Source: a virus
Lineage: Duplodnaviria > Caudoviricetes
Reading direction: 5' to 3' (one strand)
DNA: 57,097 nucleotides
Virus record (IMG/VR): IMGVR_UViG_3300031977_001254
Coordinates: 1 to 57,097 of that record
This document shows positions 57,047-57,097 of this stretch, piece after piece. Positions within the stretch are counted from its first letter, which is position 1. Every line of letters begins with the position of its first letter. A model generated the notes under the pieces. It ran no database searches, had not been told where the DNA came from, and saw only the letters and a program-made list of their open reading frames with translations. The translations under genes and the position numbers were made by a program.

Positions 57047-57097
57047 ATGTCATTTAGACAGATTAAATCACCTGCATTAGCCGATAAAGCGGTCATC
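57047..57097 (+). CDS. Start of next CDS (3' truncated)
   Basis: AGGAGA SD; MSFRQIKSPALADKAVI open to window end. Confidence 0.65.
   Translation, partial: MSFRQIKSPALADKAVI

Noticed and set aside
1-57097. tRNA, rRNA, introns, inteins, homing endonucleases, alternative genetic code
   Set aside because: No cloverleaf or such motifs seen by eye in the short intergenic gaps; core genes are intact under the standard code with TAA, TAG and TGA all used as stops. A covariance-model search was not run.

Overview
A 57 kb segment of a T4-like myophage genome (uncultured/marine-type gene content; no host assignable from sequence). It has four parts. (1) 1-7.2 kb: a glycan/modification cluster (carbamoyltransferase, radical SAM-SPASM, four glycosyltransferase-like genes) with GroES, a holin-like gene and a thermonuclease. 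(2) 8.4-13.5 kb: early/middle genes with sigma70-type promoters, ending in gp33 and gp32. (3) 13.5-26.5 kb: a T4-like tail/baseplate module (probable tape measure, gp51, gp26, gp54-like, gp2, gp4, gp48, gp53, gp27-like, gp5, gp25, gp6, gp7-like) under TATAAATA late promoters. (4) 26.5-57 kb: an expanded fibre region. The standout is the 2059-aa protein at 43942-50121. About 1780 of its residues are tetrapeptide units whose N-arm and reversed C-arm match by a strict pairing rule, with no gap over about 185 units, centred on a Pro/Gly loop. This suggests a self-complementary giant beta-hairpin of roughly 300 nm. Shorter versions of the same design occur inside the DUF4815-type baseplate protein and split across two adjacent genes, and a glycosyltransferase plus oxygenase-like operon follows the giant gene. 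Also found: a probable -1 frameshift joining gp26 to gp51 ahead of the tape measure gene, a hairpin that sequesters a late-gene ribosome binding site, a duplicated 43-bp promoter cassette and strong Asp-Ser enrichment in virion proteins. All family calls come from motif recognition and synteny, not database searches.
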